Source: an uncultured Spirochaetota bacterium
GTDB lineage: Bacteria; Spirochaetota; Spirochaetia; SZUA-6; Fen-1364
DNA length: 64,000 nt
Direction: 5' to 3'
Assembly: GCA_963820525.1 (NCBI GenBank)
Contig: CAWGAA010000001.1
Coordinates: forward strand, 96,001-160,000
The position numbers and the translations under genes are program-made. Under the pieces are notes generated by a model, which was given only the letters and a program-made list of their open reading frames with translations, was not told the DNA's origin and did no database searches. Of the stretch, positions 9,428 to 19,806 are shown piece after piece; the first letter of the stretch is position 1, and the number at the start of each line of letters is the position of its first letter.

Positions 9428-12400
9428 ATGCGGCCGCTTAAGGGGGCCATAACCGCGCTCGTACTCTGTCTCGGCCTCATCGGGGCGGCGCCCTCCTTCG
9501 CTTCTGGAGCGCAGGAGAACCGGCTGGGAGAAGCCCGCCGCCTGATCCAGGAGAAGAGCTACGACGAGGCCCTGCTGCTCCTCGCCAATATCGAGGCGGC
9601 AAATCCCGATCTGCGGGACGAGACCCGTGCCCTCATTTTCCAGATCATGGACATACGGCGGCGGTACAACGCGGAGTACGAGAAGCTGATCGATGTGTTG
9701 AACCAGATGGACCTGGAAAAGGGCCTGGCGATCATCAATGAGCTGGAGGCTCTCGATCCCCATCCCAACCCCGCCATGATGAGCTCCATCGAACAGGCAA
9801 AGAGGGGCGCCGAAAACGTGTTCAATGCGATCCATTTCCGCGACATCATGGACTCGGCGTACAAGCTGATCGCGCAGAAGAAATACGCGGAAGCGCTCGC
9901 CGCCTACCTCCAGCCTATAGAGAACTTCAACACCATCGGCTTCAATCTGCACCGCGACACCTTCCTCGCGGCGGGCTATGGAGACATCACCGTGAAGAAC
10001 GTGCTCAATACGGTGGGAAGGATCTCCGAGCTTGCCCAGGGCGCCCGCGCGGCGGCGCAGGACGTCGTTTCGGCGGCCGCGGCCGCGGAGGCCCTGGCCG
10101 GGTCGAAGAGCGTCAGCGGGGACGAGGTGCCGCGATTCGAGGGCTCCCTCGCGGTGCTCCAGAACATGGTGGACCGGGAAGCGGGACTTCGAAGCGCGGT
10201 TTCCGCCCTGGACACGGCAGGAACGGCGATCCAGCAGAAATCCGCCGACAACCGCGGGGACCTCTACATCCAGTACATGATGCGGCTGAACGAAGGGCGC
10301 AAGGACAGGGAAGAGGGCATCGTGTACGCCGTTCACGCCATCTGGTACGATGCCGCGCAGAGCCTGGCCCGCGCAACGGCCGCGGATCTCTCCGCCGCAT
10401 TCGAAGGAGCCGCGAAGCTCCTGGACGGGGGCCAGTACGCCTTGGCCGTGACCGCCCTGGACGACATCCCCAACCGCAGCCTCCTGGCCGTGAAAGCGGC
10501 CTCGCTTCAGTCCGCCGCGCTTCGGCCGCAGGCGGGATGGCGGTTCACCCTCCAGGATGGAGCGACGCTCAAGGAGCTTGCCGGCGAGGCGGCTTCATTC
10601 CAGATGATGGCCGCTGAAAGCAGGGCGATGCAGATCCTCGCCCGGTATCGCATCGAGCTCGCGACGATTCCTCCCGCCGACGGCCTTTCCTACCGTCAGC
10701 TCCTCGATTTCCGCGCCGTCCTGAAGGCCCGATTCGAGGCCGCGGACTCTCTGCGCAGGGAGTGGCAGGCAGCCGGACAGAGCTATGGGCAGCAGGCCAG
10801 GTTCATCCTCTCTCTGGGCAGGCTCGTGAGCTCCGCACAGGACATGGCTGACCGATTCGCCTCATTTCTGAAAGACCTCCAGGGATTGGATCTGGGCTAT
10901 GCAGTGCGGATTGCACAACAGGACTCGGCAGGCTACCCCGCCAGGCTGGCCATGGCGAAAAACCTCCGCGTCCAGGCCTCGGATGACATGGAAGGCACGA
11001 AGAACGGCCTGCCCACGGGAGCGGAGATCATTTACAAGTATCCCTCCAAGGCCCTTCAGGTGCTTGACGCCGCGGACGGGTATCTGCGGCAGCTCACCGG
11101 GGACATTGACCAGTACCAGACGAGCTGGAAATCGGAGCAGCCGTATGTTTCGACGAGCCCCCGCGTCACCTCCCTCCTGGCGGCTGCGGCGGAGGTTTCC
11201 AAGCAGGCGGGGCAGGAGCGTGAGCTCGTCGCCGCCCTCGCCCGCAAGGCCCAGGACCAGCACACGAGGGCTCTGGAACAGAAGAAGCTCGGAGACCAGT
11301 CCTTCGCGAATGCCGTCTCCCTGAGCAAGACCGACCCGGAAAGAGCCGTGGATCTCCTCACCAAGGCGATAGACGCGTACGGCACATCGCTTCAGTTCGA
11401 GGAGGACGAGGCGATCAGAAAGCGCATCGAGACGAACGGAGAGATCGCCCGGCTGCAGACCCAGATCTCTCTCTCCCTCAACACCCGAATCGTCACCGAT
11501 GTGGAGCAGCTCATCACGGATGGGATCAAGCTTATCAGCTCCGGCGATTACCTGCGCGCGAACCAGAAGTTCACCCAGGCCGACGAGAGATGGAAGGAGA
11601 AACACCCGGGGGAAATGTACTCCAGCGTCTTAAGCTATTACCTCGACCTTTCCCGCTCGGCCCTCACCGTGAGCGGGAGCCGGGAAATCCTGCCTACGGA
11701 CCCGAGTTATGACGTGGTGAGCTCCTACATCAACCTGGCAAACCAGAGCTATTTGAGCGCCGCAGCCCTTCTGGCGGCGGGGCGGAAGGCGGACGCCGGC
11801 CAGGCGCTTGCCAATGCGAAACGCAATGTGGACGCGGTACTTTCCCTGTTCCCCAACTATCGCGTGGCGCGAATCCTTGCGCTGAAGATCCTCAATCGGA
11901 GCGACGAGAAAGCGTTCCCCGTTCAGCTTCAGGCCCAAATCGCGCAGTATACCCAGGAGATGAAGTCGGGAAAGATCAGTAAGCGCGAAGCATACCTCGG
12001 CTTGAAAGACATCCAGGAGTTCCGCCCCGACGACAGGGCGCTGGCAGCCACCCTCTCCCAGCTCGAGATCGATATCGGCCTCAGGGCCAAACCCATTTCC
12101 CCGGAGCAGATCCGGGAGTCCAACCAGGCCTATCAGCAGGCCGTGGACATGTACAGGGCCAACCAGCCGGAAACCTACCAGCCCGCCCTTCAGCTCCTTG
12201 ACAAGGCGCTGGATGCCAATCCCAATAACGAAAACGCGAGGAAGCAGCGCACGGCGATCCTCCTGCGCTCGGGCAGCCCCGTCCAGGGAGCCATTTCCAG
12301 CACGGCCCTGGCCGAATACCTGAAGGCAAAGGAGCTGCTCAACTCGGGATCCGTCGCCGAAGCGAAGGTCATCGTGGACCGCCTCAGGCAGGACCCGCGA

Positions 12401-12463
12401 AACGCGAACTATCCGCCCCTCGTGGACCTCGTGATAAAGATCAACAGGGCGCTGGGGATATGA
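9428..12463 (+). CDS. Large exported alpha-helical/TPR-like protein
   Basis: About 1000 aa with signal peptide and TPR-like repeats (ALQLLDKALDANPNNENA); stop overlaps next gene. Confidence 0.75.
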   Translation: MRPLKGAITALVLCLGLIGAAPSFASGAQENRLGEARRLIQEKSYDEALLLLANIEAANPDLRDETRALIFQIMDIRRRYNAEYEKLIDVLNQMDLEKGLAIINELEALDPHPNPAMMSSIEQAKRGAENVFNAIHFRDIMDSAYKLIAQKKYAEALAAYLQPIENFNTIGFNLHRDTFLAAGYGDITVKNVLNTVGRISELAQGARAAAQDVVSAAAAAEALAGSKSVSGDEVPRFEGSLAVLQNMVDREAGLRSAVSALDTAGTAIQQKSADNRGDLYIQYMMRLNEGRKDREEGIVYAVHAIWYDAAQSLARATAADLSAAFEGAAKLLDGGQYALAVTALDDIPNRSLLAVKAASLQSAALRPQAGWRFTLQDGATLKELAGEAASFQMMAAESRAMQILARYRIELATIPPADGLSYRQLLDFRAVLKARFEAADSLRREWQAAGQSYGQQARFILSLGRLVSSAQDMADRFASFLKDLQGLDLGYAVRIAQQDSAGYPARLAMAKNLRVQASDDMEGTKNGLPTGAEIIYKYPSKALQVLDAADGYLRQLTGDIDQYQTSWKSEQPYVSTSPRVTSLLAAAAEVSKQAGQERELVAALARKAQDQHTRALEQKKLGDQSFANAVSLSKTDPERAVDLLTKAIDAYGTSLQFEEDEAIRKRIETNGEIARLQTQISLSLNTRIVTDVEQLITDGIKLISSGDYLRANQKFTQADERWKEKHPGEMYSSVLSYYLDLSRSALTVSGSREILPTDPSYDVVSSYINLANQSYLSAAALLAAGRKADAGQALANAKRNVDAVLSLFPNYRVARILALKILNRSDEKAFPVQLQAQIAQYTQEMKSGKISKREAYLGLKDIQEFRPDDRALAATLSQLEIDIGLRAKPISPEQIRESNQAYQQAVDMYRANQPETYQPALQLLDKALDANPNNENARKQRTAILLRSGSPVQGAISSTALAEYLKAKELLNSGSVAEAKVIVDRLRQDPRNANYPPLVDLVIKINRALGI

Positions 12464-15400
12464 TGGGGAGAAATACGGGACGATTCCTTCTGCTGATGCT
12501 CATCACCGCCGCCGGCGCGGCGTACACCCAGGAGCTCTATTGGGAGAACCCGGAGGTGATCATGGCCCAGGGAGTGCGCTTCTCCCAGTCGGCAACGGGG
12601 GGAGGGCTGATCGTGGTGAGCTGGCAGGAGCTCGTCACCCGGGCCAATGGCCAGGGTGACATCTTCCTGTCGCTGGCAGTTTCCAGCGACGGCCAGAACT
12701 GGACCAGGCACGAACGGTTCTACGGCCCGGTTCCCTACAGCGAGCCGGATCCCACTCTCCACCCGCCGGTCTACTCCATGATCGTGGATTCCAAAAGACG
12801 GATCTCCATGGCGGTGGCGGTCGCGGAGAGGGTCACGGCGATCATTGTCTCCGATGACGACGGAAAGAGCTTCCGCGAGGTGGCGCGGCTGGAGTCCCAG
12901 TTTCCCACTGTCACTCCCGGCATCTTCGCCTCCGCGCGAGGCGGATACCTGCTCTTCGTCACCCAATCCCGGGCAAACCCGCAGGGGGCGGGGACCGCCG
13001 GAGAATACCTCTCCATCTACTCCAGCGTCTCGCGCGACGGGGAGAGCTGGTCCGCCTTCTCCCCCTTCATCTCGGAAGAGGAGCTTCGATACAACTTCTC
13101 CCCCCAGCATTCCGCCTTCCATGGAAAGGACTTCGTCGTCTTTCAGTCCCGAAGCGAAAAGGACACCTTCCAGCTCTACCTGAAGGTCAGCTCCGACGGG
13201 GGCAGGACCTGGGGAGCTGCCCGGACGGTCACGCGCCTGCCCGTCTTTGCCGAGCCGCAGGCGGGAAAAGCGCGGGATGCGGTGGAGTACACCAATCAGA
13301 GGCCGAGCCTGTATCCCGTGGGAGCCAGCCTGGGCCTGGTGTGGGAGCGAAACCTCCCGGGCTCCCGCGCCCAGCTCTACTACTGCGAGCTTGCAGACTC
13401 GGGCGACATCGCCCTTCCCCCGCAGAAGGTCGCCTCGACACCGGAGAGCATATACGGTCAGATACTGACCTACCGGGGCGCGCTGTACGTGCTGTACTCG
13501 GACGTCTCCCTGGCCGCTTCGCGCATCACCCTCGCGCACAAGGGGGCCATCTGGGACACGCAGCTGTTGAGCAGGGGCGTCACCGGCGCCTCCAGCAATC
13601 CCCATGCCGTGACGTTCGGCGACAAGATGCTGGTGTTCTGGGAAACCATCGGCGCTACCGGTTCCTCCCTCCTGGAGGTCCGCCCTGTCACCCATGTGGA
13701 TCCGCCGAAGCTCATTGCCGTGGACTTCGTCCCGGGAAAGAGGCTGAACCGCTCCGCCGTCTCGGTGAGGTGGGACGATCCCCCCGATCCCGCCGGCATC
13801 AAGACATACCACTATACATGGAGCGTCGACGGCGTGCCGAAGGTGCAGCAGGATGTGGCGCTGTCCAGACCGTTGGTGGCGCTGCCTTCCGCGATCGACG
13901 GCGCATGGGAGCTTTCGGTCACCGCGGAGGATTTCGCGGGAAACGTCTCACCAATGGCCAAAATCGGGTACGTGCGGGATACAACCCCGCCGGAGCCCGT
14001 TGCCATCGACCCTCCGGCCACCGATGCGAACGGGTTTCTCGCATCCAATACCTTCTCCCTTTCCTGGCGGCCTCCGGCAAAAGAGGAAATCACGGGCTAC
14101 CGCTACGGGATATCCTTCATCGGGGAGATCCCCCGGGAGGCGGCCGGAGAGCTGCCGTCCGCGCCCTCTGTCGTCCAGGGAAAGGAAACGGCGGCCCCCA
14201 CGGCGTCTTTCGACGATATCGACGACGGGGCCTGGGCCTTTTCAGTCTCCGCCGTGGACTCCGCGGGAAACATCGGCAAGCCCGCCACGGTCTTGCTCAA
14301 GCTGGACAAATTCGTTCCCTACACCGCTGTATACACGGTGGCAAAAAAGACCGACGAGTTCGGCAATGTCACCCTCTCCATCAGCGGGAGAGGCTTCGAC
14401 ACCGGGGGGACGGTCGAAAAGATCTTCCTCAGCGAGGACGGCAAGCCGCCCTACGAATACGAGTTCCTCCGCTCGCGCGGCGACTTCACCGTGATGAGCG
14501 ACAGGCTGATCACGGGGCCGCGGCTGACCTCCGAGACGAAGTCGGGCAACTACGTCCTGGCGCTTTTCCATCCCGTGCGGTTGACCACGGTCTGGAAGGG
14601 CGGCCTCATCAGCTTCGAGGCCCCCGGCACCATCAAGATCGGGAACTTCAGCATCCGCTACCTGCCGGGCTGGGTGGCGGACAGGGTGCCTCTCTACACG
14701 ATCCCCGCCAGCCAGGTGGTGGTGGTGGTCGTCGTTCTGTTCATCGCCGTGCTTATCGTGCTGTCCGCCCGCAAAATGGTCGTGCTCCTGGGCGAGGGGG
14801 CGATGCTGCGCGAAGAGGTCACGGCTCTCATCGAAGGAAGGCCCTCCTCCAGGTGGGAGGAAAGGAACCGGAAAATGCATGAATTGCAGAGACGGGGAGC
14901 GGGTCTGCGCCTCAAGTACACCCTCCTCATGATCGTGCTCGTCATCCTCATCGTCCTCATCGTGTCGGTGCCTCTGAGCTTCCAGATGATCGGGCAGCAG
15001 AGGACCACCCTCGCCAACGGCCTCCGGCAGCGTTCCGAGATCCTCGTCGGGAGCCTCGCCTCCAGCGCGGAGAACCTCCTGCGTCTGGCAACGCCAGCCT
15101 ACGAGGACATGCGCCTGGTTCCGAACAACACGAGGGCCATGGCGGATGCGCTCTGGGCAACGGTCACCGGCCCGGGAGATACTGACAAGGCATTCAAGGA
15201 CTACGTGTGGGCTACAAACGACCCCCAGTGGATCAAGACCCATCCCGGCTACAACCCCGCAACGGAGAAGGCTTCCGACGACATCGGCGGCATCATCCCT
15301 GCGATCGTGGAGAGCCTCGAGGCGGACGGCCGACGCCAGATCGAGCCCCTTATCAAGGCAAACGACGCGTTCCTCCTTCGCTATAACGATCTTTCACAGA

Positions 15401-17124
15401 AGACGGACAAGAAATCCGCGGAAGATGCGCTGGCCGCCTTGAACGTGTACACCAGGGGACAGAGGGAGATCGACACCCAGTTTAAAACGAACGAGTCCTT
15501 CGCATGGGTTCACTCGAGCCCCGATTTCAGGACGGAGTCCCTCCCGCCCACCTTCGTCTTCTACAAGCCCATCGTGTACTTCAGCCGGGCCAAGGACGCC
15601 CAGGGCAAGTTCCTCAAGGACGATACGGGCAGCTATATCTACTCCTACTTCCAGGGAATGGTGCGCCTGGCGGTTTCCACCAAGCTCATCAACCTCCAGA
15701 TCCTGGAGGCACGCAACACCCTCATCCGGATCACGGGATTGATCTCGCTGCTCGCCATTGCCCTGGGAGTGCTCGGCGCGATCCTCCTGGCGAGCATCAC
15801 GGTCACTCCGATAAAGAAGCTGGCCGCAGGAGTGGCGATCATCAGGGACACGGAGGACAAGGAGGAGCTGAAGAGCCACACCATCGAGGTGCGCACGAGA
15901 GACGAGATCGGCATGCTCGCCGACACGGTGAACGACATGACCAAGGGTCTCGTGAAAGCGGCCATCGCGAACAAGGAGCTGATGGTGGGCAAGGACGTCC
16001 AGAAGATGTTCCTTCCCCTGGAGAAGGACAGCACGACGGGAGGCGAGGAGACGGCGCTCCTGGAAATCTATGGGTATTACGAGGGGCAAAAGGGGGTTTC
16101 AGGGGATTATTTCGACTTTAAGAAGCTCGACGATACACACTACGCCATCATCAAGTGCGACGTAGCAGGGCATGGAGTCCCGGCAGCCCTCATCATGGTG
16201 GAGGTCGCCACGCTGTTCATAAGCTATTTCCGCGACTGGGTGAAGAGGAAGGACGCCCTCGCCCACGTGAAGGATCCCACCGAACGCCTGAGGCTGCAAA
16301 AGGAGTTGGAGAGGGTCGACACACTGGTGTACACGATCAACGATATGATCGAGGAGCGGGGCTTCAAAGGGCGGTTCGCCGCGCTTACGATCTGCCTTTT
16401 CAACGCCGAGACGGGCGCCGCCACTGTCTGCAATGCGGGTGACCGCCTCATGCACATTTACGACGCCGACCAGCGCAAGATGGTCAATATAGAGCTCCCC
16501 GACGCTCCCGCCGCCGGTGTCTTCCCCTCGATGCTGTTCGATATGAAAAGAGGTTTCCGGCAGATCACCCAGAAGCTCGATCCTGGGGACGTGATTTTCC
16601 TGTACACCGACGGTTTCGATGAGGCAAAGCGCTTTTTCAGAAACGAAAGCTACGAGATCGTGAGCTGCGACGAGCCGGGCTTGAAGGAGGGAGAAATTCA
16701 CCTTGGGACGCACTCCAAGGGACAGAACAGTGAGGAGTTCGGCAGTCCACGAATGGAAAGCGTGATCGATGCAGTTTTCAACAGCGGCCGCTACAGCCTC
16801 GTCAGGCATCATTCGCCTACGCCGAGCGAAGAGCTCGTCTTCGACTTCTCAACCTGCCAGGGCACGGTGAAAGAGGCCGTGCTGGCTCTGGTGGCCGTGG
16901 AAAGGGTCTTCCGCGCGTATCGAGATCCCGCGGCCGATGCCAACAGCAGGATAATCGTCGATTCGAATGTGGATGCTTTCCTCAAGGACCACTTCCTCCA
17001 GTATTCCGCGTACTTTACCCACCGTCTGGATGGACAGGGGGTTGGAAGCGCGATCACGTTCACTCACCTGCACGAGGACGAGCAGTCCGACGATCTCACG
17101 ATGCTGGTGCTCAGGAAGAAGTGA
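12460..17124 (+). CDS. Membrane sensor phosphatase: Asp-box propeller + Fn3/Ig domains, 3 TM, HAMP, SpoIIE/PP2C (TP0854-like)
   Basis: Asp boxes SSDGQNW, SDDDGKSF, SRDGESW, SSDGGRTW; HAMP RDEIGMLADTVNDM; PP2C motifs VSGDYFD, CDVAGHGVPAAL, LYTDG, DDLTML. Confidence 0.88.
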   Translation: MMGRNTGRFLLLMLITAAGAAYTQELYWENPEVIMAQGVRFSQSATGGGLIVVSWQELVTRANGQGDIFLSLAVSSDGQNWTRHERFYGPVPYSEPDPTLHPPVYSMIVDSKRRISMAVAVAERVTAIIVSDDDGKSFREVARLESQFPTVTPGIFASARGGYLLFVTQSRANPQGAGTAGEYLSIYSSVSRDGESWSAFSPFISEEELRYNFSPQHSAFHGKDFVVFQSRSEKDTFQLYLKVSSDGGRTWGAARTVTRLPVFAEPQAGKARDAVEYTNQRPSLYPVGASLGLVWERNLPGSRAQLYYCELADSGDIALPPQKVASTPESIYGQILTYRGALYVLYSDVSLAASRITLAHKGAIWDTQLLSRGVTGASSNPHAVTFGDKMLVFWETIGATGSSLLEVRPVTHVDPPKLIAVDFVPGKRLNRSAVSVRWDDPPDPAGIKTYHYTWSVDGVPKVQQDVALSRPLVALPSAIDGAWELSVTAEDFAGNVSPMAKIGYVRDTTPPEPVAIDPPATDANGFLASNTFSLSWRPPAKEEITGYRYGISFIGEIPREAAGELPSAPSVVQGKETAAPTASFDDIDDGAWAFSVSAVDSAGNIGKPATVLLKLDKFVPYTAVYTVAKKTDEFGNVTLSISGRGFDTGGTVEKIFLSEDGKPPYEYEFLRSRGDFTVMSDRLITGPRLTSETKSGNYVLALFHPVRLTTVWKGGLISFEAPGTIKIGNFSIRYLPGWVADRVPLYTIPASQVVVVVVVLFIAVLIVLSARKMVVLLGEGAMLREEVTALIEGRPSSRWEERNRKMHELQRRGAGLRLKYTLLMIVLVILIVLIVSVPLSFQMIGQQRTTLANGLRQRSEILVGSLASSAENLLRLATPAYEDMRLVPNNTRAMADALWATVTGPGDTDKAFKDYVWATNDPQWIKTHPGYNPATEKASDDIGGIIPAIVESLEADGRRQIEPLIKANDAFLLRYNDLSQKTDKKSAEDALAALNVYTRGQREIDTQFKTNESFAWVHSSPDFRTESLPPTFVFYKPIVYFSRAKDAQGKFLKDDTGSYIYSYFQGMVRLAVSTKLINLQILEARNTLIRITGLISLLAIALGVLGAILLASITVTPIKKLAAGVAIIRDTEDKEELKSHTIEVRTRDEIGMLADTVNDMTKGLVKAAIANKELMVGKDVQKMFLPLEKDSTTGGEETALLEIYGYYEGQKGVSGDYFDFKKLDDTHYAIIKCDVAGHGVPAALIMVEVATLFISYFRDWVKRKDALAHVKDPTERLRLQKELERVDTLVYTINDMIEERGFKGRFAALTICLFNAETGAATVCNAGDRLMHIYDADQRKMVNIELPDAPAAGVFPSMLFDMKRGFRQITQKLDPGDVIFLYTDGFDEAKRFFRNESYEIVSCDEPGLKEGEIHLGTHSKGQNSEEFGSPRMESVIDAVFNSGRYSLVRHHSPTPSEELVFDFSTCQGTVKEAVLALVAVERVFRAYRDPAADANSRIIVDSNVDAFLKDHFLQYSAYFTHRLDGQGVGSAITFTHLHEDEQSDDLTMLVLRKK

Positions 17125-17164
17125 GGCCGTGGGAATTATATGCCGAGGTGTCGATATACGAAGT

Positions 17165-18268
17165 ATGAGAAGAATGCTGCCGATTGTCGCCGCGCTCCTC
17201 CTGGCCGGAAACGCTTTCGGCCAGAACACCGCGGTGACGCTCCAGAACCAGGAGAGCTCCTGGTTCTATTTCGTCCTCGATCCGGCGGAGCTCGCGGGGC
17301 TCACCCCCTCCAGCCCCCTCCTGGCGGCGAAGCTCACCACGTACTTCTCCAGGGAGACCGAGGATTTTCCTTTCACGGCCCTCAAGCCCCGCACGGGGAT
17401 CACCCTCGAAGGGCTCCCCGAGGGCAGCCACCTCCTGATCGGATTCTTCGTCATTGAAGAGGAGAGGGAGTTTCCCGTACGCGTGATATCGCTCCTCGTA
17501 GACAGGAGGCTCGGCCAGCGGCTCTATGAGATCTACAGCGACCCCGCGCTCCTCACCCTCGCGCGGGGCGTGGGCAAGCTGGCGCGCTTTGGAGGGGTTC
17601 CCCAGGTCGCCGCGACTTCCCAGCCTCCGGCTGCCCAGACGCCTCCCGCCACGACGGCGCAGGCGCAAAAGCCTCCGGTTGCTCAGCCGGCCCCAAAGAC
17701 GGTGTCCCCGGCGGCCCCTGCGGGCGGCGTTACCCTGGCGAGCTTCGGCTCCTCCTTCAGCCCGGTTGTATTCACCCGCGAGACCGAGGGGGACTTCTCG
17801 GTCCACCCGATGGCCGAATCACTTTTCTGGAACCGCGACGGCACCAGGATCGTGTCGGTTTCAGCAAGCCGGGCGGACTCGTCGCTTACCCTCGATATCG
17901 CTTCGGCCTCCGGCTTCTCACGGGACGTTTCCTACTACTTCTATTTGTTCTCCGCCCGGAGGCTCGGGCAGGAAAACTCGTTTACAGTTGAGGTCAAGCC
18001 GGTCGTGGCCGGCCAGACGGCGGGGCTCGCCATTCTCTGGGAGAGGGGAAGGCAGCTCCCCCTCCCCGTAGGCACGGTGAATGTCCAGGGGAACACCTGC
18101 CGCGTCACGGCGCGGCTGGCGGACCTTCCCCCGGAGGCGGTTTCCGGGCTCGGGGGAGACCCGTCGGCGGATCTCACGGCGTGCTATTTCGACGCGGCTT
18201 CGGCAACCTACGAGGAGTTCTACTATACGACCCTGACTTTGGCCGAGCTTCCCGCCTCTACACGTTGA
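17165..18268 (+). CDS. Exported two-domain hypothetical protein with Pro/Ala/Gln linker
   Basis: Signal peptide MRRMLPIVAALLLAGNAFG; low-complexity linker at ~17600-17720. Confidence 0.7.
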   Translation: MRRMLPIVAALLLAGNAFGQNTAVTLQNQESSWFYFVLDPAELAGLTPSSPLLAAKLTTYFSRETEDFPFTALKPRTGITLEGLPEGSHLLIGFFVIEEEREFPVRVISLLVDRRLGQRLYEIYSDPALLTLARGVGKLARFGGVPQVAATSQPPAAQTPPATTAQAQKPPVAQPAPKTVSPAAPAGGVTLASFGSSFSPVVFTRETEGDFSVHPMAESLFWNRDGTRIVSVSASRADSSLTLDIASASGFSRDVSYYFYLFSARRLGQENSFTVEVKPVVAGQTAGLAILWERGRQLPLPVGTVNVQGNTCRVTARLADLPPEAVSGLGGDPSADLTACYFDAASATYEEFYYTTLTLAELPASTR

Positions 18269-19310
18269 AGCGGATCAGAAGGCAGTCGCCGTCCCTGACC
18301 ACGTAATCCTTTCCCTCGAGGCGCGCCTTTCCCAGCTTTTTCGCTTCCTGCGAGCCACCGCTTTCCAGGAGGTCGGCCCAGGGGATCACCTCCGCGCGGA
18401 TGAAGCCCTTCTCCAGATCAGTGTGGATTACTCCCGCCGCCTTCAAAGCGGTGGTGCCCTCACGGATGCTCCAGGCTCTCACCTCGTTCTCTCCGGTCGT
18501 GAAGAAGCTCTCCAGGTGCAGAGTCGCGTACACCGTGCGGAGGAACCTGTTCTTCGCCGGCTCCTCGATTCCCAGGTCCGCCAGGAATCCTTTCTGGTCA
18601 TACGGGGCAAGCTGGGCGATCTCCATCTCCATGTCTCCCCTGATGGGGAACACGGACAGCCCTTTCTCTCGGGTCTCCTTCTCCATCTGCGTTGAATCCG
18701 CCGACCTGTCTCCCGTATTCGCGACAACGAACAGGGGCTTCGTCGTCAGGAAGTCGAACCCGGCGAACGTCCTTGCATCCTCCGCGCCGAGGAAATCGAC
18801 GCCGAGGAGCAGGCCCGAGCCGAGGCGCTCCGCGATCTTGGAGAGAACGTGGTACTCCCGCCCGTCCCGCTTTCCTTCCTTGTCCAGCCGCGCGATGCGC
18901 TTTTCAGCCACCTCGTAATCCGCGAATATCAGGGCGTCGAGGATGCGTCTCATGTCGCGAAGGGGATCGAGGGAGATGAGGGGATGGGGCACCACCTCGC
19001 TTTCGAACCCGCGAACCACCAGGGCAATGGCGTCCGCCCTCCTGACTTCGGAGAGGCTTGCCGGGGAGATCGAGGCATCCTGGCCGTACTCGAGGGGCTG
19101 ATCCCGGAAAAGCACCGAGGCGTAGGTGGTCTTTTTGGGCTTGAAAAGGGCGGAAAGCTTGTCTATTCGCGGATCCGGAACCGCGACGTCCGCCAGGTGG
19201 GGCTGTTTCTTGCCGGCGGAGAAGTCTCCCGTCGGCAGTGCCTGTCCGGTGAGCGCATTGAATATCGTCGTCTTGCCCGAAGAGGCAAGGCCGATGATCA
19301 CGGTTTCCAT
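18258..19310 (-). CDS. ychF: YchF/Obg-like ATPase (divergent)
   Basis: GLASSGKTTIFNALT, VAVPDPRIDKLS, FFTTGENEVRAW, AGVIHTDLEKGFIRAEV, EGKDYVVRDGD..RFNV. Confidence 0.85.
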   Translation of the reverse strand: METVIIGLASSGKTTIFNALTGQALPTGDFSAGKKQPHLADVAVPDPRIDKLSALFKPKKTTYASVLFRDQPLEYGQDASISPASLSEVRRADAIALVVRGFESEVVPHPLISLDPLRDMRRILDALIFADYEVAEKRIARLDKEGKRDGREYHVLSKIAERLGSGLLLGVDFLGAEDARTFAGFDFLTTKPLFVVANTGDRSADSTQMEKETREKGLSVFPIRGDMEMEIAQLAPYDQKGFLADLGIEEPAKNRFLRTVYATLHLESFFTTGENEVRAWSIREGTTALKAAGVIHTDLEKGFIRAEVIPWADLLESGGSQEAKKLGKARLEGKDYVVRDGDCLLIRFNV

Positions 19311-19375
19311 GGAAGCTCCTTGCTTAAGTGATGTCCGTCGCAGTATAAACAAGGACCGTGGGGCAGTGCAATCCA

Positions 19376-19447
19376 GCGGCGGCTTCATTGCGCGAAGCGT
19401 GCGGAAACGCCGCTGCGGCGGCTTCATTGCGCGAAGCGTGCGGAAAC
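19376..19447. repeat. Two exact 33-bp direct repeats (period 39 bp)
   Basis: GCGGCGGCTTCATTGCGCGAAGCGTGCGGAAAC at 19376-19408 and 19415-19447. Confidence 0.95.
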
Positions 19448-19470
19448 TGCGCCGCGCCGGCGGGCAAGGC

Positions 19471-19806
19471 GTGAAAGCGCATTTTTACTGCGCGAACTGC
19501 GGCACCGAGGTCGCACCCAAGGCCGAGCGCTGCCCCGCATGCGGCAAGTTCTTCACGGCCGTCACCTGCCCGGCATGCGGCTTCGAGGCTGACGTGGACT
19601 CGTTTCTCAAGGGCTGCCCCGCGTGCGGCTACCTGGTGGATACGGCGAAGGAAAAGGCGCGCCGGGTCGGGCGCCGTGAGCGATCGGGCGGCTTCCGCTC
19701 GCGAAAATCGGGCTCGCTTCCCCCTCTTTTCTATCGGATTGTCGGGATCGCGCTCGGCGCAGCCCTCGTGGCCCTCCTGGTGATCCTGCTCCTCCTCAGT
19801 AGATGA
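19471..19806 (+). CDS. Double zinc-ribbon protein with C-terminal TM anchor
   Basis: CANC, CPAC, CPAC, CPAC; basic linker; hydrophobic C-terminus; GTG start. Confidence 0.8.
   Translation: MKAHFYCANCGTEVAPKAERCPACGKFFTAVTCPACGFEADVDSFLKGCPACGYLVDTAKEKARRVGRRERSGGFRSRKSGSLPPLFYRIVGIALGAALVALLVILLLLSR

Noticed and set aside
19376..19447. Possible mini CRISPR array
   Set aside because: Only two repeats, a 6-bp spacer and no cas genes
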